Source: Eledone cirrhosa (lineage: Eukaryota). From it: a stretch of DNA of 64,000 bases. Location: assembly GCA_964016885.1 (NCBI GenBank), contig OZ024740.1, positions 126,666,001-126,730,000 on the forward strand, written 5' to 3'. Below the pieces are notes generated by a model. It was given only the letters and a program-made list of their open reading frames with translations. It was not told the DNA's origin and searched no databases. Each line of letters begins with the position of its first letter. Positions within the stretch are counted from its first letter, which is position 1. A program made the translations under genes and the position numbers. Positions 14,154 to 26,998 of the stretch are shown here, piece after piece.

Positions 14154-14767
14154 AATTTGTGTAACTAAACATTATGCAAATATGATCAATGCAATTATGA
14201 CGTATAGTTTTAAAAGTTTATTGGGGAAAGACATTAGTATAACATTTCTCATTGCAAAGCCTGTCGTCACCAAAGGTAATATCTGATAATTATGCATTTT
14301 CTACCACTGCTACACGGAGATAACGTGGATCACCACAACGATGCAATGGCAAATAACCCATTATTATTCTTCTTGTTACATATATTGTATCCCCAATTAT
14401 GATCCGCAATAATCACAATATATTGATCGCCTTAACGTAAACGCACCCATCTTGAGATTTTCTATTACGACAGCAGGAACTGACAGTAGTAATATGGAAG
14501 TGAATGAATAAGGAAATTTAATAATTAAAAGAACATATCACTCGTAAATCTGTATCAATCTAGTTGAAATGAAAAACGGGCAAATTGGTGGATTCTAAAT
14601 ATTGATGAACTAAGTAAAATATGATATTAATATGTTTGAAGTAATATGACAAAATATGTCAAATACTTGAGCATTTATGTAAACAAATAAAAGCAACAAA
14701 ACCACCAGATTTAAGGAATCAAACTAAAGAAACCAAATATATATGTATATACCCAGTTGCCATTTTA

Positions 14768-14834
<67 letters not shown>

Positions 14835-15663
14835 GTTTGTGTGTGTGTATGTGTGTGTATGTGTGTGTCATTTTCAGACGAATAAGATTATGTGTATACA
14901 TGAGCATCTATTCTTGCTGTATCATTTCATGACGTGCAATATATGGTAATCACTGTTTGTAACGTACGGTACAAATGAATTGTACCATAAGCAATCAAAT
15001 TACTGTCAGGAAAACATGACATATGTCGTACTGTTATTTATTTTGTTTTTTTAGTAATCAGACATACCAACCGAAGGAGATCATCTCTATTGATGTGTAG
15101 GCATTTGGGAAAGGGATTTGGAAAATGTTTGTGCACTACTGGTGTATCAAGCGAAGTGGCGATAAAGGTAAAATAAGGAGCGAAGAGGCAAACTCAAGTT
15201 GCATATATAGTAACTACCAACACTATAGCGGGTAAAACATTGATTTGAAATCTGTGGGTGATAAATGTTCCCACAGATTTTTGTTTTTCGAAAACTTCTA
15301 TTTTTAACAACTTCAGTAGCCGTAGTGAGTAAATAATAAATAATCAGTCTGAGTAGTATTTTCGTAACAGACTTTCTATTCAAATAAACCTCGTACTCTG
15401 CCTTTGCTCTTTACTCTTTGCTATTCTAAATTTCGAATTATTAATACCTTGCCAAACACTTGCCAACTAATCGCCGGTATTATTCATAATCGCCGGTATT
15501 ATTCTGACGGTGATTGCTTATTGTTAGTCACATTTTTTTTATTTTCTTCAGATAGAATTATTGATTTTTGTCCTTGATGTCTGTAATACTAGTACATTAA
15601 ATTTCACGTCTCTTTGATGTATATTTACACTGTAGTTATATGATTTTGATCTCTTATACACGT

Positions 15664-15734
<71 letters not shown>

Positions 15735-15781
15735 TACACACACATATATATACATATATATTTATATTTATATATATACAC

Positions 15782-15831
<50 letters not shown>

Positions 15832-16199
15832 ATGTGGATGTGGATGGGGGCAAGTATGTATATTTTCTAAAACAGGACCAAGGGTGTGTCTACAAAATTC
15901 TACGGGTACCAATTTTAGTTTATGAATTTAATTTCACGTTTTATGTGGCAAATTTTGCCGATTGTACTAACAAACGTCAGTTTTATTTTATTATTTTGCT
16001 CCACACTATCAGTCAGTGATGAGATCCATGTTTAAAGATAGTCTTAGCATGTGCATTTAATCTTAAGGCAGTGACGTGTATAAAGAATCATCAGCACTTT
16101 CAAGTTTCTGCAACGTGTGCAGTTAGTTATTGTGGGGCTATTCGAGGACGTATTTTAGTGAGGATTTGCCACTGGTCTCTATTTTGCGTCATACGGCGA

Positions 16200-16990
16200 G
16201 GAGTAGCGGTGTTGTAAGCTAGCCGTTCCTTGATGTCGGATGAAGCTTTATGTGCCCTCCCTCAACTGGCATAGGTGACTATGCCATGTGAGTTCCCATC
16301 TCTTTACTAGCGCAATGCTTGTTTATTATCTTCTAGTATATTCGTTGACTGGCTGCTTTGTGTTTTGTTTACGGGATATTTAGTAGCCTCTGGAATCGGA
16401 CATCATCGAATACCTGGGTTATTTGTTCCCTCGGCTCATACAGAAGGAATGAACTCACCAATAAGTTGTACAGGTTGAGACTCGTTGGAAACAAATGAAG
16501 TTGTTTTTCTAATTGATGGTCAGCTCATTCAGGGCAGAAAAAAGTTCAGAACGAATCTTCTCATTACCTTCTTCCCCGATCGACTCTCTTTGGCCAAGCT
16601 TGATCCCATGTAGATGAGGTTTTTCATTTCATCAAGCTTTCTTCTGTTCAGCATACAGTTTGTTGCTGTATTCTGATTATAACTGGGATCCAGAATCTTG
16701 CAGTGTCTTTAGCTAGTCTCTGCTAGTATTCTAACCCTCTTTCCAGACTTGCTGTAAATTGTTGCACTTGTGCTTTGCAGATGCCTAACTAACCAATATG
16801 TCTATGCAAGTATGTAATCTCTCTTACCTGTTGTTCTCCAGGAAGATGTTGAAAAGCACTTATCAAGATCCAGATACTGTCTTGAAGAAATCCCCAATGT
16901 TGTTATACAAGAGAATATCACTCATTAATTTTTCATACAATGTTTGGATTACTTGGATGAGATTGTTGTCAAAGTCGTAAACCATCATCA
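16200..16990 (-). mobile_element. Decayed RTE-like LINE fragment
   Basis: Minus-strand remnant VLFNIFLEN and downstream RT/thumb-like degenerate sequence. Confidence 0.55.
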
Positions 16991-17252
16991 CCTGTGACCA
17001 TTCGCGTGCAAAAAGAGTATTTGTTTGATAAATAATGTAATCTAATCCAGAACAGAGAGGCTATGATCTATCATGTAGATACATAAGACCTATGTCTTTG
17101 TCTTGGCACAGGCAACGTTGACAATTCGTTGAAATCTGTGTGACGTAGCAAATCTTTAAAATATTTGTCATCCTAAATAACAATAAATTCCCAAATAACG
17201 TAGATTCTCGTTAAGCATGAAACTAAACAGTACAGTTCAATCGTCAAACGTA

Positions 17253-17311
17253 TCATCATCATCATCATCATCATCATTGTTTAACGTCCATCTTCCACGC
17301 TTGCATGGGTT
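17253..17311 (-). mobile_element. Short LINE/SINE 3' tail with (CAT)n
   Basis: (CAT)n followed by TGTTTAACGTCCATCTTCCACGCTTGCATGGGTT, recalled as an RTE-type 3' end. Confidence 0.45.
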
Positions 17312-19929
17312 TACAAGCATTGCATCCATGTTATTGGTACAATATTTAGACTCAAGAAAACATGTACACGAAGAGAATTATTACAATTGAATGTCATTAA
17401 ATACGATTTTCTCAAAACCACTGGTACTTCTAAATCATCTACGAATTAACGCATGCATTGATATATGGGCTATAGATTAACAATTATTTACTTTTAAATA
17501 TGTAATAAGTATTTATTCTTACAGCGGGAAATATATTTTACGCTGACGATGTTTAACGTGGTTAAGGAAGAAACCAACATCGGTTGTGCATTGGAATTAA
17601 TGTACCAGATGTTAACAATGCAAATGAAAATCGTCATTGGAAAAAACACACATAAAGTGAGATAGCGCAGACTGCAAAGCATTTTGGTCGTAGATCGTCC
17701 TGATCAGAGATGTCCTGGTGTTAAAGTATAAGACAGAAACAGAAAAACACCATCCACCATCTGCATCACCATTAACACCAAAACCAACATTTGACCTGGT
17801 AATAACCAGTAAAATCCGTATAGATACTTCTATGTATATCTAAACGTACAATAATATAGGCAACTATATTAACAGCGCTGCGCTGATTATGACGTTATAA
17901 ATGCACTACGATTGTGGTACAGCTATCAATGAGATCACAGTCATTTGCAACAAGAACAGTGACACCAGCAACAACAAATGCAGAAGTAGATTATTATTAT
18001 ATATTTACGAATCAGAGATTCTGCAGCTTTTATAATGACAACATAGCTGCCTGGGGAACTGACAGTGTTATTCTTGTTAATGAGGCAAGCTCTTTGCACA
18101 TAGCGACATAATGAAACAAATGCAAGGTCTTTGTATTTATATATTTACTTGCAATACAACACCCAATAGATTGTAAGATTTAGCAGCGGAATAACCGACC
18201 GATTATTACATAGCGAGAAAATTACTGAAAACTGAGACGGGAAATAATAAAAGATTACTAAGAAAAATGAGGAAAATAGCTGTATAGAGCTTATGATTAA
18301 ACATGACATAAAATTATAAAGAAAAGCAAGACATGATGGAGCATTAAAGAACGTCGTAAAAATATTAGAACAATATAGTCAGAGCGATTATTAATATAGC
18401 TGTATTTTGTATGTCTTCTAAGAATAAAAGACATTTCTAAATATATTAATGATTGTGATTTCTTACATTATCACAAGCCTAGAAATTTACAGTAACGTGG
18501 GGACGGGGAATGAATCACCTATTTCAACAATAGTGTATGCTTGGCACTTATTTTATCGGTTTATTGAGATGAAATGTATAGTCAGCATTTGAAATTAGGA
18601 AGCCACATAGTCCAATGCTATATGGGTCGCATTAGCTTCTACATGGTTAATTAAAGTGCTGGAAATACCAGTAAGCCCTCCTTTTAAGAACACACAACTG
18701 TCATCTAGTAAAAGTAAACATATTGTTATCATATAATCTGAAGCACAATCTGCATAGACCAGAATCTATAATTAAACAGAAAACAAAATGAGACATACTA
18801 TCATAGAGAACTGTACTATAGAATTTCTTCAGCTCTGACTCAACATGCCTATAAACAACACAGCTTTCCCCTCTAGCCTAATCTAACCAGTACTGCATTG
18901 TTCAATGTATACCTTGATTTTCAAGACGGTACGACATACTTTGAGGGTGATCCGGCTTTTATTTTATCACAAGGTTACATGAGGAAAAACGAGACATCTA
19001 GTCAATTGAAATTAGATCCAATGTATGGTGGGTACATATTTCATCGATTCAGGCGAGAATAAAGAAAAGGTTGTCATAACATTATCATCATCCAAAATCA
19101 TCAAATTAATCATGATTCTTTTGGTCTTTTATATTTTCCCCTTTTATTCCTTATTTTCCTTTTCGGCGTTAACAAGAAAGTTTATGCTTATGGTTGGTAA
19201 CTACAGAAAACTACATAATGTTCTGTACTTGCAAATAAATATTTCCGTAAACATATGCCTATGAATATATTAATCGTTTGTTGATATCATTATTCATGAG
19301 TGTCGCTTTATTTATATTATCTATTCTATCAATATGAGCGCGTTAAAAGATTTACCCTGAATGCACATACGTGAGCCATCATACTTAGTAACGTAACAAC
19401 ACAGAACATAATGTTAATGTCACTGCGTTCCTTGCCAAAACGACTGCCCTTTTATGACCTTAAAGATGAAACCTTAAATAGTATTTGATATCGGGTAAAC
19501 ACCGCCCAAATAATGAGAAATAGGTGTTATAAATCATGACACTTCGAATGAATATTTATTAAGATATTTATTGCTCATATATTTTCAATGCGTTGTTTTC
19601 TACCATTTATTTCGCAACGTGTCAACAATAGCGGTGGTTTCCCTTATCTCTATAGTCTATAGGCTATAGAATGAGTATGTGGAATTATAAATAAATTCTT
19701 AATTTCTATTTCAATACATAATGATAATAATTATAATTATTTGACTATTCATTACGACCAACTTTGATATTGCTTTGGGCCGGTTAATTTAGGGAATACT
19801 GGGCTACAAATGGTAACCGAAAGTAACTGGAAAGTGTTCAAATCATTCCCTCTCATTTCACTAATGCTGGTAGTCCAGAACCATTCTCAATATTCGCACT
19901 GATTCCAGTAGTCATATCGGCTGGGCCAC

Positions 19930-20610
19930 TCCAAACCCTGGTGCAAAGTCTATTTTTGACATTTAGTTTACAAGGTTCTTTCTCACACTATCAAGAGCAC
20001 CATTCACCACTGAGACAATGCGGAGTGTCTTCATTTCATTACTTTAACATTTTAAGATCTTATATTCTAAGTGTGTATAAGCCCCTACTTTAATCTATCT
20101 TGTTTCAATTCTGGTGTCAAGAGGACGCGTTTCATCTTTTAGGATACAGTTACTTTCCCTCTTTTCAATTACCTAAATATCTGGTTCGTTATGTTCAATC
20201 TTCATCTCGATCTGTATTAGGAAGCTTTAACGTATCTTTCGCTAACACTCCCATCTCACTTGTGACATCATGTTCATAGCAATTTTCTTTCTGCACATGG
20301 AAATACAGATCCTTCTCTGCTAATATAAGGAGTGTTGAAGGCAGGGCCATTTCATCAAATGCTTCTTTACGATCTTCAGCAATCTCAGTTTGTGTTTTCT
20401 GTGCTTCAATTTTTCATCTATATGTCTTCAATGACAACCCCAATGGAAGCTCTTCTTCCTCATTATTTATGTAGAAGCCCATACCACTTGCTTTTATTTT
20501 CAAAGCATCCTGTACACTCAGCAATCCCCGAACTCCCCCATTATGTTGCAAACAGACTGCCAGCATCACAGTGTGCGTGCATATTTCGATAGATATGAAC
20601 ATTCTCCTAG
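19930..20610 (-). mobile_element. Old decayed Dong/R4-like RLE fragment
   Basis: Minus-strand remnants FLIQIEMKIEHNEPDI and IVSVVNGAL match the endonuclease region of the 24873-26738 ORF. Confidence 0.6.
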
Positions 20611-20619
20611 TTGTTCGAT

Positions 20620-21090
20620 TCATCAGATGTCCCTGAAAATTCGGGTACAGGTGGCGAAGAGGTACATTGCGCCGTCATTTACAACCGCCTAACCGACTTG
20701 CTTTGTCCCCGTTTGCGCCTCGCCAAATTGGAATGGCTCCTCTTCAATTTCTTGTGGAGGGGACATGTCCCTTTGGTAAGGGGGTCCATCTGCCGCCCTC
20801 ACTTCTATGAGGAGGGCTGGGCTGGTCGTTGCTGATGATATGCAAACATGCGCTGAGGCTGCGATATCTCCAGATATGTTGCATATACTGTGAACAGGTG
20901 TGGTCACCGTTTGTGAGACAGGCTTTTCCTCAGCTCCTATATTTGACTGAGCTGCAGTCCTGTATCAAGAAGAGATCTAGACTAGGCGACTGGCATCTTT
21001 CTTGTTTCTAGGCGCTCACTGCTCTCTAACAAGTGGGCAATGCAAGCAGTGGAACATCCACTGGATTAATGGTGGGCAAGTGCGACAAAT
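20620..21090 (+). mobile_element. Decayed Tx1-type ORF2 fragment
   Basis: LEWLLFNFLWRGHVPLVRGSIC and EQVWSPFVRQAFPQL are homologous to ~38070-38540. Confidence 0.85.
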
Positions 21091-21329
21091 TATACCCGTT
21101 GTCATCAATTTCCCCTCATAACTTGTCCATCTAGTAATTCAATTCTTTCCATTCTTTTTAATCCTACCTCTCTTCAATCGTAGCACCCCTCACATTTTTA
21201 TGCAAAATTCCATTTCTATGTCCGGACTGAATGTATGGTGCTTTAACCTAAATTGAAACAGGTGCTGAAACAGGTGCTGAAACAGGTGCTTTAACATAAA
21301 TTCCTCCTCACTCGTAACCAGCCTTTAAC

Positions 21330-22034
21330 TTTTTCAACACCAATGAAAGTGTAACCCTTCACAGTGCAAACAGCAAACGGGAAATACTGAGTCCCAGAAA
21401 TATTCTTCTCTTGGTCTTCAAAACACCCAAAGTTTATCTACATGATGTCAGCTGTCTTCAACTATCCATACTGCTCACCAGGAACAGACTAACGTTAGCC
21501 GCAATACCAAACATTTTCAACCATTCTACTATTAAACTATGTGGTGCTATGTCGTAAGACTTGCGGTAACCGATCCAGGCCATAGCAAGATCTGTATGGT
21601 TCATTTTACAATTTGTAATGATCGTTTTATCAATCAACATGCTCTTTCTCCTTGTTGTTATTTCCTCCTTGGACATCCCTTGGTCTATTGTCCTCTCCTT
21701 CAGTAAAATTCTGAGTATTGGCTCCTTACTATCAGTCACGTATTTGTGTAGGTTGTTTTTCTCCATCTGAACACAGTCCTCTATGCTGATAATACCTCTT
21801 CCACCTTCAGATCTCCTTAAGTAGAGTATATCGACATCACTCTTCTTGTGGAACATGTTGTAGATAGTCAATAGCTTCCTAGTCTTCCTATCCATTTCTT
21901 TTTGTTCAGCAACATTCCATCTCAGAATTCCCGCACAGTACCTAATAATAGACACAGCTCGGGAATTGACTGCACTTATGGTATTCCTACTGTTCAGATG
22001 TGACTTTAATACGCTCTTTATTCTCCGAATGTAT
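21330..22034 (-). mobile_element. Rearranged Dong/R4 family-A fragments
   Basis: ORF 21458-21955 is highly similar to two non-adjacent parts of the 621-aa ORF, joined in inverted order at ~21641. Confidence 0.85.
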
Positions 22035-22051
22035 TATTATTAGTATTATTA

Positions 22052-24741
22052 CAGCTGCATTTATCTTGCTTTATGTTCATACGAGTTATCACCAAGTCAC
22101 AACCAGTTACCTCAAGAGACAACAAGGTCCGCCATGTTCAAGAAAGAACATACATACTCACACATGCATCTTTAGTATTAAGACTTGTGATGTACTTATA
22201 TTGACAGAATCTTCCTTAGTATATGGGCAGTTCCCATTAGTACTATCTTTTGTATTTCTCCTATACGCGGGTTTCCTGGGATTTGCGATAAGTAATCATT
22301 AGACCCCTTAGGTATCATTCCTAGAGCGTCTACAACCACCGGTTTTGTTTTAGTTCTCAATTTCCACATTTTTCCAATTTCTATCTCCAGGTCCTTATAC
22401 TTGCTCAATTTTTCAAATGTTTTTATAGATACATTCTTGTCTATTGGAACGGACATATCAATTAGCAGGCATGCCCTCTTTTTAAAGTCCTTCAATATTA
22501 TATCAGGTCTATTTGCATCTATTTTTCGGTCTGTTTGGATGCTAAAGTTCCACAATATTGAGATGTGATCTTTTTCAAGTATGGGAGGTGGTTGATGCTC
22601 CCACCAATTCTTTTGATGGGCAGGTCAAAATGCTTACACTTATCCAATGTATGTATTGTGCAGCTCTGTCATGCCTGTTTAGGTATTCGGTTGGAGCTAT
22701 AGGACTGCACATTGAAATTATATGGTCAATGGTCTCTGGTTGGTTTTTATCTACACGGCATAATGGGCTGCATCCATTTTTTATTATGTTGGCTTGGTAA
22801 TCTTTTGTTGGCAGACACTGATCTTGTGCTGATATAATCAGTCCTTCAGTCTCTGATTTCAGTCCAGATGCCAACCACTGATGGGTTAAAGTTTTGTCAA
22901 CATCAGGATTGTTAGCTCGTTCTGGGTATTTTCCATACAGAGGCTTTTCTTGCAATTTCTTAGCCAGTTTCTGTAGCAGTTCTTTCTTTGCAGTAACTTT
23001 TACCTGCTTTGCTTTTTCTGTGTTTTCCATTTCAGCAGTAAATGGGACTTCTGAAATGTGTAGTCCATTACTGTATCTTTGTGCATTTTTTGTAATGGAG
23101 TATGATCTTTTGATGCTTTCGTGTTTCAAAACGAGTTTGATCATCCAATCATGTGATTCCCTTAGATATGTAGATAATCCAATTGTTGCAGTTTTCAACG
23201 CAATGTCTAACTGGATTAACCCACGTCCTCCTTCTTTCCTAGGGAGATATATTCTATCTGTATCTGCCTTAGGGTGATGCATTCTGTGCATGGTTAAGAA
23301 TTTTCGAATTTTTGTATCGAGCCTACGGATCTCTGTGCTTGACCAGTTGATCACATTGTAACCGTAGGTTACTACTGGTATGGCAAGCGTGTTTATGGCA
23401 TCGATCATATTCCTTGCATTCAATTCCGTTCTTAAGATTGGTCTTACTCTGCGGTAACATTCCTTCCTTATCCGTTCCCTCATTGTCGAGTGCTTAATTC
23501 CGTCTCCTTCACAAACACCTAGATATTTGTAAGTTTTCTGTTGATCAAGTTATCTTATCACATTCCCTCGATCAAGATTAATGTCTGAAACTTTCAGCAG
23601 CTTTCCTCTGGTGAACGTTGCTTTGGCGCATTTATCTAGTCGAAACTCCATTTTAATGTCATCACTGAACTGCTCCACAGTGGATAATAGGCCTTGCAAT
23701 TGTTCATCATTTTTTTGTAAATAGTTTCAGGTCATCCACGTAGAACAAGTGATTAATGGTTTTGTCATAGACTTTATATCCATGTTTTGTTTCATTGAGC
23801 ATTTTACTTAATGGTATAAGTGCGATGCAGAATAAAAGCGTTGATAAAGAGTCACCCAGAAAAATTCCACAATTAATATTAACTTCTCCAGCTTCCAGTG
23901 ATTTTGTTCCACTATTCAAAAGGAGTGTCGTTTTCCATGTCTTCATACTGAATGACAAAAACCTCCTGACATCGGTGGATATTTTGAAAATCTCTAAACA
24001 TATTTCAATCGAACTGTGTGGCAAACTATCGAATGCTTTTTTATAATCTATCCAAGCAATTGATAGATTTTTGTGTCTATTATGACAATCTTCCAGTATC
24101 ATTTTGTTAACCAAAAGCTGATCCTTACAGCCATATGAGCCTCGTTTACACACTTTCTGCTCAATAGGAAATAGGTCATTTGTAATCAGGTGGTCATATG
24201 TATATTCAGTTAGGACTGATGTTAAAGGTTTATACATTGTGGTCAAGCAAGTTATCGGTCTGTAATTTTTGGGATTGTTTGTCTCATCATTCTTCGGAAG
24301 CAGGAATGTAATGCCGTGACTAGCCATGATGGTATCTATTCTGGCTCCTTAACTATTTCATTGTAAAGTTGGGCGAACAGCTCATGAGACTCTGTGAAGG
24401 TATTTATCCAAACATTTTGTATTTTGTCTTTGCTGGTTTTTCTTAGAGCCAAGCGCAACTGTTCAACTGTTATATTTTCCCATGTTTGTTCCTCAAGGTG
24501 AGCTGTATCTTTCATTTGTCTGTCTATCCATGGGGCATGTATATTATGAATTTTTTCTTCGGCCCAGATCTTTTCCCAGAATTCTTGCACTTCCTCCTTG
24601 GGGGGTATTGATTTAGCAGTTATTGTTGACTTACCAAATTTTCTGTAGAAGTTTCTTTGGTTGGTTTTGAACATATTATTGTCCTTATAGAATCTAGATC
24701 GTTTTTCAAAGCGAGCAACTTTGGCCGACACTTTTTGCTTG
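22052..24741 (-). mobile_element. Dong/R4-clade non-LTR retrotransposon family B, 5'-truncated and disrupted
   Basis: NYRPITCL, WIDYKKAFDS, GIFLGDSLS, LFYVDDLKL, RHD, RPDIILKD..LIDMSVP..EKLSKY; (ATT)n on both sides. Confidence 0.92.
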
Positions 24742-24786
<45 letters not shown>

Positions 24787-24797
24787 GTTATTGTTAT
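24742..24797. repeat. (ATT)n target microsatellite between elements
   Basis: Direct inspection. Confidence 0.97.
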
Positions 24798-26737
24798 TCC
24801 TTGAATCTCAGTCATTGATGTTGGTTAACTGGAAAGTCCGTTGGATTGAATATCAAGCCACTACCTGCAGCCTCAGATATTCAAGACGTATCGGAGGGTT
24901 CTTGCTGTTCCAAGCAAGCATGCCTTTTGAAGCGTTCCAAAAAGCGTGAAGGGGCCGATTTTCTTTAACCATCCCTGGAAACCTTTGGAGATAGTCCCCA
25001 GTGCGCCTATGACAATCGGGATCACTTTGACTTCATGGCAGTTCCAAATCCTTTTCACCTCCCACTTTAGGTCCTGGTATCGGTTAATTTTCTCCCTCTC
25101 CTTCTCTTGCACTCTCGTGTCGAACGGGCAGGCCACATCCACAATCAGGCACGATCTTTTTTCTTTGTCCACAACCACCAGGTCAGGTCTATTGTGTTCC
25201 AGTTTTTTGTCCGTCTGTATCCTAAAATCCCACAGCACCTTCACCTGACTGTTCTCCATCACCGCCTCTGGCCTATGCTCATACCATTTCTCAGAATGTG
25301 GTAGATTGTTTACTTTGCACAGGTGCCAGTGGATCACCCTGCCCATCACATCGTGTCTCCAGCCCTTATAGTGGGTCTGGGCTAGGTGTTTACACTCGGA
25401 CACAATGTGAGCCACAGTCTCCTCTCTCTCTCCACAGATCCTGCACAGTGGGCTAGCCTCCTCCTTGTAGATATGGTGCTTCAACCACTTCGTTTTGAGG
25501 GCCTGCTCCTGCGCAGCCATTAGCATTCCTTCTGTAGCCTTTTTGAGGTCTCCTCTTCTCAACCAGTTCCATGTCTGTGGATCTCTAAATTCAGTTTTCT
25601 CAAAGAAGGTACTATGAAGGGATTTTCCCTTAAGGCTGCTCTTCCTCCTTGATGTTATTTCCTCCTTGGACATCCCCTGGCCTACTGTCCCCTCCTTCAG
25701 TACAGTTCTGAGCATTGGCTCCTTACTATAGGTCACGTATTTGTATAGATTGTTTTTCTCCATCTGAACACAGTCCTCTATGCTGATAAGACCTCTTCCA
25801 CCCTCAGATCTCCTTAGGTAGAGTCTATCGACATCACTCCTCTTGTGGAACATGTTGTAGATAGTCAATAGCTTCCTAGTCTTCCTATCCATTTCTTTTT
25901 GTTCAGCAACATTCCATCTCAGAATTCCCGCACTGTACCTAATAATAGACACAGCTCGGGAATTTACTGCGCTTATGGCATTTCTGCTGTTCAGATGTGA
26001 CTTCAATACGCTCCTTACTCTCCGAATGTATTCAGTTCTTAACAATTCCTTCATTCTTTTGTTCTTTATGCCATCAGCCTCCAGAACGCCCAAATACTTG
26101 TATCCTTCCTCAGAGTCAATTTCCTTTATCATCTCACCTGTTGGTATCTGGATCCCGTTACTTCTGCTCAACCTACCCCTCTTCATCACAATGACTCCAC
26201 ATTTACCAATACCAAACTGCATACATATATCACTGCTGAAAATACGGACAGTGTCAACAAGCACATCCAACTCCTTCTCACTTTTCCCGAAAAGCTTAAG
26301 ATCGTCCATGAAGAGGAGGTGATTGATGGTAAGCTCTCCCCTTCCCAACTTGTATCCTGCTCTCACTTTTCGCAGCATAATGGTCAAGGGCATCAGGGCA
26401 AGGACAAACAACAGAGGGGACAGGCTATCTCCCTGGAAGATACCTCTCTTGATCTTCACGCTTCCCAAGGATACTCCAGTTGATGTCAACTCTGTCTCCC
26501 AGGACCCCATACTCCTGCCCAGCAACTGTCTGATGTTATCTGCCACCCTGAAGATCTCCAGGCTTTTGGTGATCCAGGAATGAGGCACCATGTCAAATGC
26601 CTTTCTGTAGTCTATCCATCCCATGGCAAGATCAGTGTGTCTCCTCCTGCAATTCCCCATTACCATCTTATCAATAAGCAACTGGTCCTTTGTACCACGT
26701 GACTTCTTTCGGCATCCTTTCTGTTCGCCCGGTAACA

Positions 26738-26738
<1 letters not shown>
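24798..26738 (-). mobile_element. Dong/R4-clade non-LTR retrotransposon family A, 5'-truncated, young
   Basis: Uninterrupted RT-RLE ORF, short 3' UTR, (ATT)n on both sides. Confidence 0.95.
24873..26738 (-). CDS. Reverse transcriptase + CCHC zinc knuckle + restriction-like endonuclease (N-terminally truncated, 621 aa)
   Basis: [65 protein letters not shown]. Confidence 0.93.

Positions 26739-26741
<3 letters not shown>

Positions 26742-26790
<49 letters not shown>
26742..26790. repeat. (ATT)n target microsatellite
   Basis: Direct inspection. Confidence 0.97.
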
Positions 26791-26998
26791 GGCGACCTAC
26801 GTAGTAAATCGTATCATCGTGATTTCCGCAAAGGTTTGTTATTTGCGTTTGTTAAAAATTGCCATTTATGGAAAATGTTATTGTTAACTGTTTATAAGCG
26901 CACATACATAGTTTTCCGAAAAGGTCACCCAAAAAGATTGGGGCCTTGTGCCCAAAATATAAACATTTATGATTATCGAAAAATTTCTTTGAAAAAAA

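Noticed and set aside
21255-21292. (GAAACAGGTGCT)x3 containing E-box CAGGTG
   Set aside because: Most simply a slippage duplication; no evidence for a regulatory role.
24336-24815. ORF with poly-Ile N-terminus (similar poly-Ile/Leu ORFs at 26623, 33158, 43262)
   Set aside because: Read-through of (ATT)n junctions into element sequence; not independent genes.
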